Assembly: GCA_963843375.1 (NCBI GenBank)
Contig: CAWJKT010000009.1
Location: 224,001-288,000 of the forward strand
Source: an uncultured Pseudomonadota bacterium
GTDB taxonomy: Bacteria; Oederibacteriota; Muellerivitia; Muellerivitales; Muellerivitaceae
DNA: 64,000 nt
Reading direction: 5' to 3'
The position numbers and the translations under genes are program-made. The notes under the pieces were generated by a model. That model saw only the letters and a list, made by a program, of their open reading frames with translations, was not told where the DNA came from and did no database searches. The stretch's first letter is position 1, and the number at the start of each line of letters is the position of its first letter. Shown piece after piece: positions 60,736 through 64,000 of this stretch.

Positions 60736-63054
60736 ATGAAATTTCGATTGGCTTTATTGGCAGCGGCCTTTTTGTTCGCGGGCTGCGGTGGACGGGAAAT
60801 GGTAAAAACAGGGGGAAATCCCCCGGCGGTGGCCACTCCCATTAGTTCGGGGACTCCCTTGGCTTCCGGGCCAACGGTGCCAACCTTGGTGGATTTAAAA
60901 ACCCCCGTAACGGACGCCGATTACCAACAAGCGGTTGCCGCGGTCGGGGCTTCTGATGTCGACCGGCATAACATCAACCAATTTCTCACCATCGCCCAAT
61001 ACCAATACAATCACGGTAATTTGGCGGACGCATTGAAGATCTATCAAAAGACCCTTTTGGCTACTCAAGCCGCTACGCAAGGGGACAAAGCCCAATATAT
61101 GGTCGGCCAAATTTATTATGAAAAGCAGGATTTTTTGCCGGCCCTGGCTTCTTTTCAAAATGTATTGTCCAACTACCCCCAATCAACCTATGCCATCCAG
61201 AGCCGGCAAATGATGGACTTCATGCTCAGTTATTCACTTAACTTGGAAGATTTGAAGCGTTACGTGGACAATTATCCCGATTCACCCCTGCAATGCTCGG
61301 CTCTTTTCCAACTGGGCAGTCACGAGGCTCAGGCGGGAATTCAAAACGATGCTATCGAACATTTAAACAAGTTCGTCCAGCAATGCCCCCAGCACCCCTC
61401 GGTGTCCGCCGCCCAGCTTATGCTCCAATCCATCCAAAGCCAGACGCAAGGAAAGACCTGGAAGATCGGCGTTATGATTCCCCGGACCGGACGTTTTCAG
61501 GGTTTTGGTGATTCGGTCCTGAATGGCATTACCTTAGCGGTAGAACAGGCCAACCAGTCCGGTGGTTCTAATAAACATATGGCAATTGTGGTAAAGGATA
61601 CGGGAAGCGAAGGCATGAAGGCGGTGACCGAATTCCAGGATTTGGTCAAAGACGACAGTCTGGACGCCATCATCGGTCCGATTGCCCCATCGGATATCCA
61701 GGCGGTGGCAGCCTTGGCCAACGAGAGGAGGATCACCATGATATGTCCCGCGGCCAGCCGGGAAGGCTTGTCGACCTTGGGACCTTACATCTTCAGCAAC
61801 AGCATGACCAATGAAATGCAGGGAAAAGCCATTGCCCAATACGCGATACAACGCTTGGGTTTCAAGCGGTTCGCCATTCTGGCCCCCGACGATCTTTATG
61901 GGCAGACCCTTTCGGAAAGCTTTCAAAAAACGGTGGGTTCCATGGGTGCCACCGTGTTGGCCTCCGAGACCTACATCCCCGGTTCAACGGATTTCAAAAA
62001 GCAGTTAGTGGATATGGGGGGACAGGACCCCGAATCATCCAAAGAAAACGACCGGGAAAACGCGCGGCGTCTAGATGAATTGAAGTACAACATTTCCAAG
62101 GAAGTGGGAAAGATTTTCCTGAAGGTCAAGGATTTGTCCAATGCCTCCGGGGTCGCAGCTACTACTACGCCGGTGGCGGCTTTTGTTCCATTGGTGGAAA
62201 GCCTTTCCAATACGATTTGCCCCTCGATCGTTGGGGACATCAATGCCGCAGTGAAGGACTCCTTGAAAAGCCAGACAAGCTATATCTTCCGGACCGACGA
62301 TATCATCAAACAATCCTTGCAACGGCTGCCGATAGAGCTGAAAGGGACAACCGTAACCGCTTCGGCGGACCAATGGGCTGAAGTGGCGCAGGACATGCAA
62401 GCCTCGTTGATCATTACCGGCCATATTCTGGAACCCACGCCGGAAAACGACTGGGGTGCCTATCCCGCCTGGGACTACAACGTCCATTTTGAGGCTTTTT
62501 GGATGGATCCCAATAAGAACGCCATGGTGAAAATCTACCAGAGCAAAATCCCCTATAGCGTTTTCAAGCCGGCGTCCATGATTCGCGGCAACAACGGCTA
62601 CCAGGCTCTTTATCTTCCGGCGCATTCAGCGGAAGTGCCCCTATTGGTTTCTCAAGTGCATTATTATGACTTAAGCCCGGTATTTTTGGGCGGCCACCTT
62701 TGGGACAATGACACGATATTGCAGGAGGGGGCCAAGGACATGGAAGGCTCCTATTTCGTGACGGGATTTTTCGTGGATAGCCAGCAGGGAACGGTCAAGA
62801 AGTTCGTGGACGATTACATGAACAAATTCGCTAAACGACCGGATTTGCTCGCGGCCCAGGCTTATGACGCGACCCGGTTGTTATTCCAAGCTGCAAACCT
62901 TTCCATGAACCGGGATGACATCCACAATAATCTCTTGCAGATCAAGGACTTCGACGGGGTCAGTGGTAAGACCAACTTCGGAGGCCAGGGCGAAGCGGAT
63001 AAACTGGTGCCAATACTGCAGATCAAAGACGGGAAGTACCAACAGGTTCAATAA
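60736..63054 (+). CDS. LppC/LpoA-like lipoprotein (TPR region + periplasmic-binding-protein fold)
   Basis: Lipobox FAGC, TPR/YfiO-like repeats, IGV.IP.TG....G, AQAYDA, F.GVSG...F. Confidence 0.8.
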   Translation: MKFRLALLAAAFLFAGCGGREMVKTGGNPPAVATPISSGTPLASGPTVPTLVDLKTPVTDADYQQAVAAVGASDVDRHNINQFLTIAQYQYNHGNLADALKIYQKTLLATQAATQGDKAQYMVGQIYYEKQDFLPALASFQNVLSNYPQSTYAIQSRQMMDFMLSYSLNLEDLKRYVDNYPDSPLQCSALFQLGSHEAQAGIQNDAIEHLNKFVQQCPQHPSVSAAQLMLQSIQSQTQGKTWKIGVMIPRTGRFQGFGDSVLNGITLAVEQANQSGGSNKHMAIVVKDTGSEGMKAVTEFQDLVKDDSLDAIIGPIAPSDIQAVAALANERRITMICPAASREGLSTLGPYIFSNSMTNEMQGKAIAQYAIQRLGFKRFAILAPDDLYGQTLSESFQKTVGSMGATVLASETYIPGSTDFKKQLVDMGGQDPESSKENDRENARRLDELKYNISKEVGKIFLKVKDLSNASGVAATTTPVAAFVPLVESLSNTICPSIVGDINAAVKDSLKSQTSYIFRTDDIIKQSLQRLPIELKGTTVTASADQWAEVAQDMQASLIITGHILEPTPENDWGAYPAWDYNVHFEAFWMDPNKNAMVKIYQSKIPYSVFKPASMIRGNNGYQALYLPAHSAEVPLLVSQVHYYDLSPVFLGGHLWDNDTILQEGAKDMEGSYFVTGFFVDSQQGTVKKFVDDYMNKFAKRPDLLAAQAYDATRLLFQAANLSMNRDDIHNNLLQIKDFDGVSGKTNFGGQGEADKLVPILQIKDGKYQQVQ

Positions 63055-63209
63055 AATTTAATCGCTATTATTGCATGTGCCATTTTATGCGGAGAAACAA
63101 CCTCGGTTCATAGGTGGTTTTTTTAGTTTGGAATTGCTGTTGGTTGACGTTTTGATACGGTCTCTTATACTCAATTCAATAGAATGAGAAGCCAGATAAA
63201 GGTTTAGAA

Positions 63210-63380
63210 ATGCCAAAAATTTTAGTAGAAATACCAAGCAGGTATTTGAAACCCCTGGATAAAATAGCCCAGCAAAAAAAAACCACACGTCATGAATTGA
63301 TTCTAAATGCTATCCGAATCTGCTTTAGGCCCAAGAAGACTTCTGAGGGATTTTTAGGAAAACGAAAAGATGGCAGATAA
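63210..63380 (+). CDS. Small CopG/RHH-like protein (56 aa, below the ORF-track cutoff)
   Basis: MPKILVEIP...LKPLDKIA....TTRHELI.NAIR; overlaps the hisS start. Confidence 0.5.
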   Translation: MPKILVEIPSRYLKPLDKIAQQKKTTRHELILNAIRICFRPKKTSEGFLGKRKDGR

Positions 63381-64000
63381 CACCAAATTCGGCCCGCCCA
63401 AGGGCATGCGCGACTGGCTTCCACAGGAAACTCTCTTGCGCCAAAAGCTTATCCGACTAATCGAATCCCATTACCAGCTTTATGGATTCCAGCCGATTGA
63501 TACGCCCGTTATGGAAAACATTGAAGTTCTGCAGGGGAAGGGCGGGGGCGAGAATGAGAAGTTGATGTTTAAGATCGAAAAAAGGGGAGAAGAGCTTACT
63601 TCGGTTCTCCAAGCGTTCATGGAGAGTGCTGGAACCGAAAATGAAAAGCAAGCCGAAGCCCAGTTGAAATTGAAAAACGATATTACCGACATGGGTCTTC
63701 GCTTTGACCTCACGGTTCCCCTGGCCCGCTACTATGCCAACCACGCCAATGAGTTGCCCAAGCCGTTGCGTTGTTATCACATCGGCCCTGTCTGGCGGGC
63801 GGACAAACCCCAGAGGGGCAGGTATCGTGAGTTCTATCAGTGCGATATCGATATTATCGGGGGTTCCTCGGATGCCTATGAAGTGGAACTACTACTTGCT
63901 ACCGATCGAGTCTTAAAAGAATTAAATATTGGAAAGTTCCGAATTCGTATAAGTAGTAAAGAACTTATGCCGTTTTGGCTTTGGTTAAATGGAGTTTATC
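63370..64000 (+). CDS. hisS: Histidine--tRNA ligase (runs off window end)
   Basis: PKGMRDW, GF.PIDTP..E, LRFDLTVPLARY, WRADKPQRGRYREFYQCD.D. Confidence 0.93.
   Translation, partial: MADNTKFGPPKGMRDWLPQETLLRQKLIRLIESHYQLYGFQPIDTPVMENIEVLQGKGGGENEKLMFKIEKRGEELTSVLQAFMESAGTENEKQAEAQLKLKNDITDMGLRFDLTVPLARYYANHANELPKPLRCYHIGPVWRADKPQRGRYREFYQCDIDIIGGSSDAYEVELLLATDRVLKELNIGKFRIRISSKELMPFWLWLNGVY

Overview
Bacterial chromosomal window with three parts. (1) 1-18.5 kb: a surface-polysaccharide locus (methyltransferase, AsnB-type amidotransferase, Wzx flippase, several GT4/GT2 enzymes, heparinase II/III-like protein, Wzy/ligase-like protein, WcaJ-like priming transferase). (2) 18.5-47.85 kb: an integron-like array of 22 gene modules. 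The modules are separated by 23 copies (plus 3 half copies) of a 28-bp palindromic site, consensus TGTCCACGRCGGG-GA-CCCGTCGTGGACA (13-bp arms around an asymmetric GA core). It resembles neither attC nor a CRISPR repeat. Cargo is 10 type II toxin-antitoxin pairs, secreted or lipoprotein genes, enzymes and small regulons. An ORF-less group II intron sits exactly at the end of one site, and its EBS1 loop is complementary to that site. No recombinase is encoded in the window. (3) 47.9-64 kb: sugar-nucleotide and housekeeping genes (GalE-like epimerase, NDP-sugar pyrophosphorylase, two tandem glycoside hydrolases, phosphomannomutase, TPR protein, GT2, dut, GH5, LppC-like lipoprotein, start of hisS). 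All calls come from reading the sequence and from motif recognition; no searches were run.
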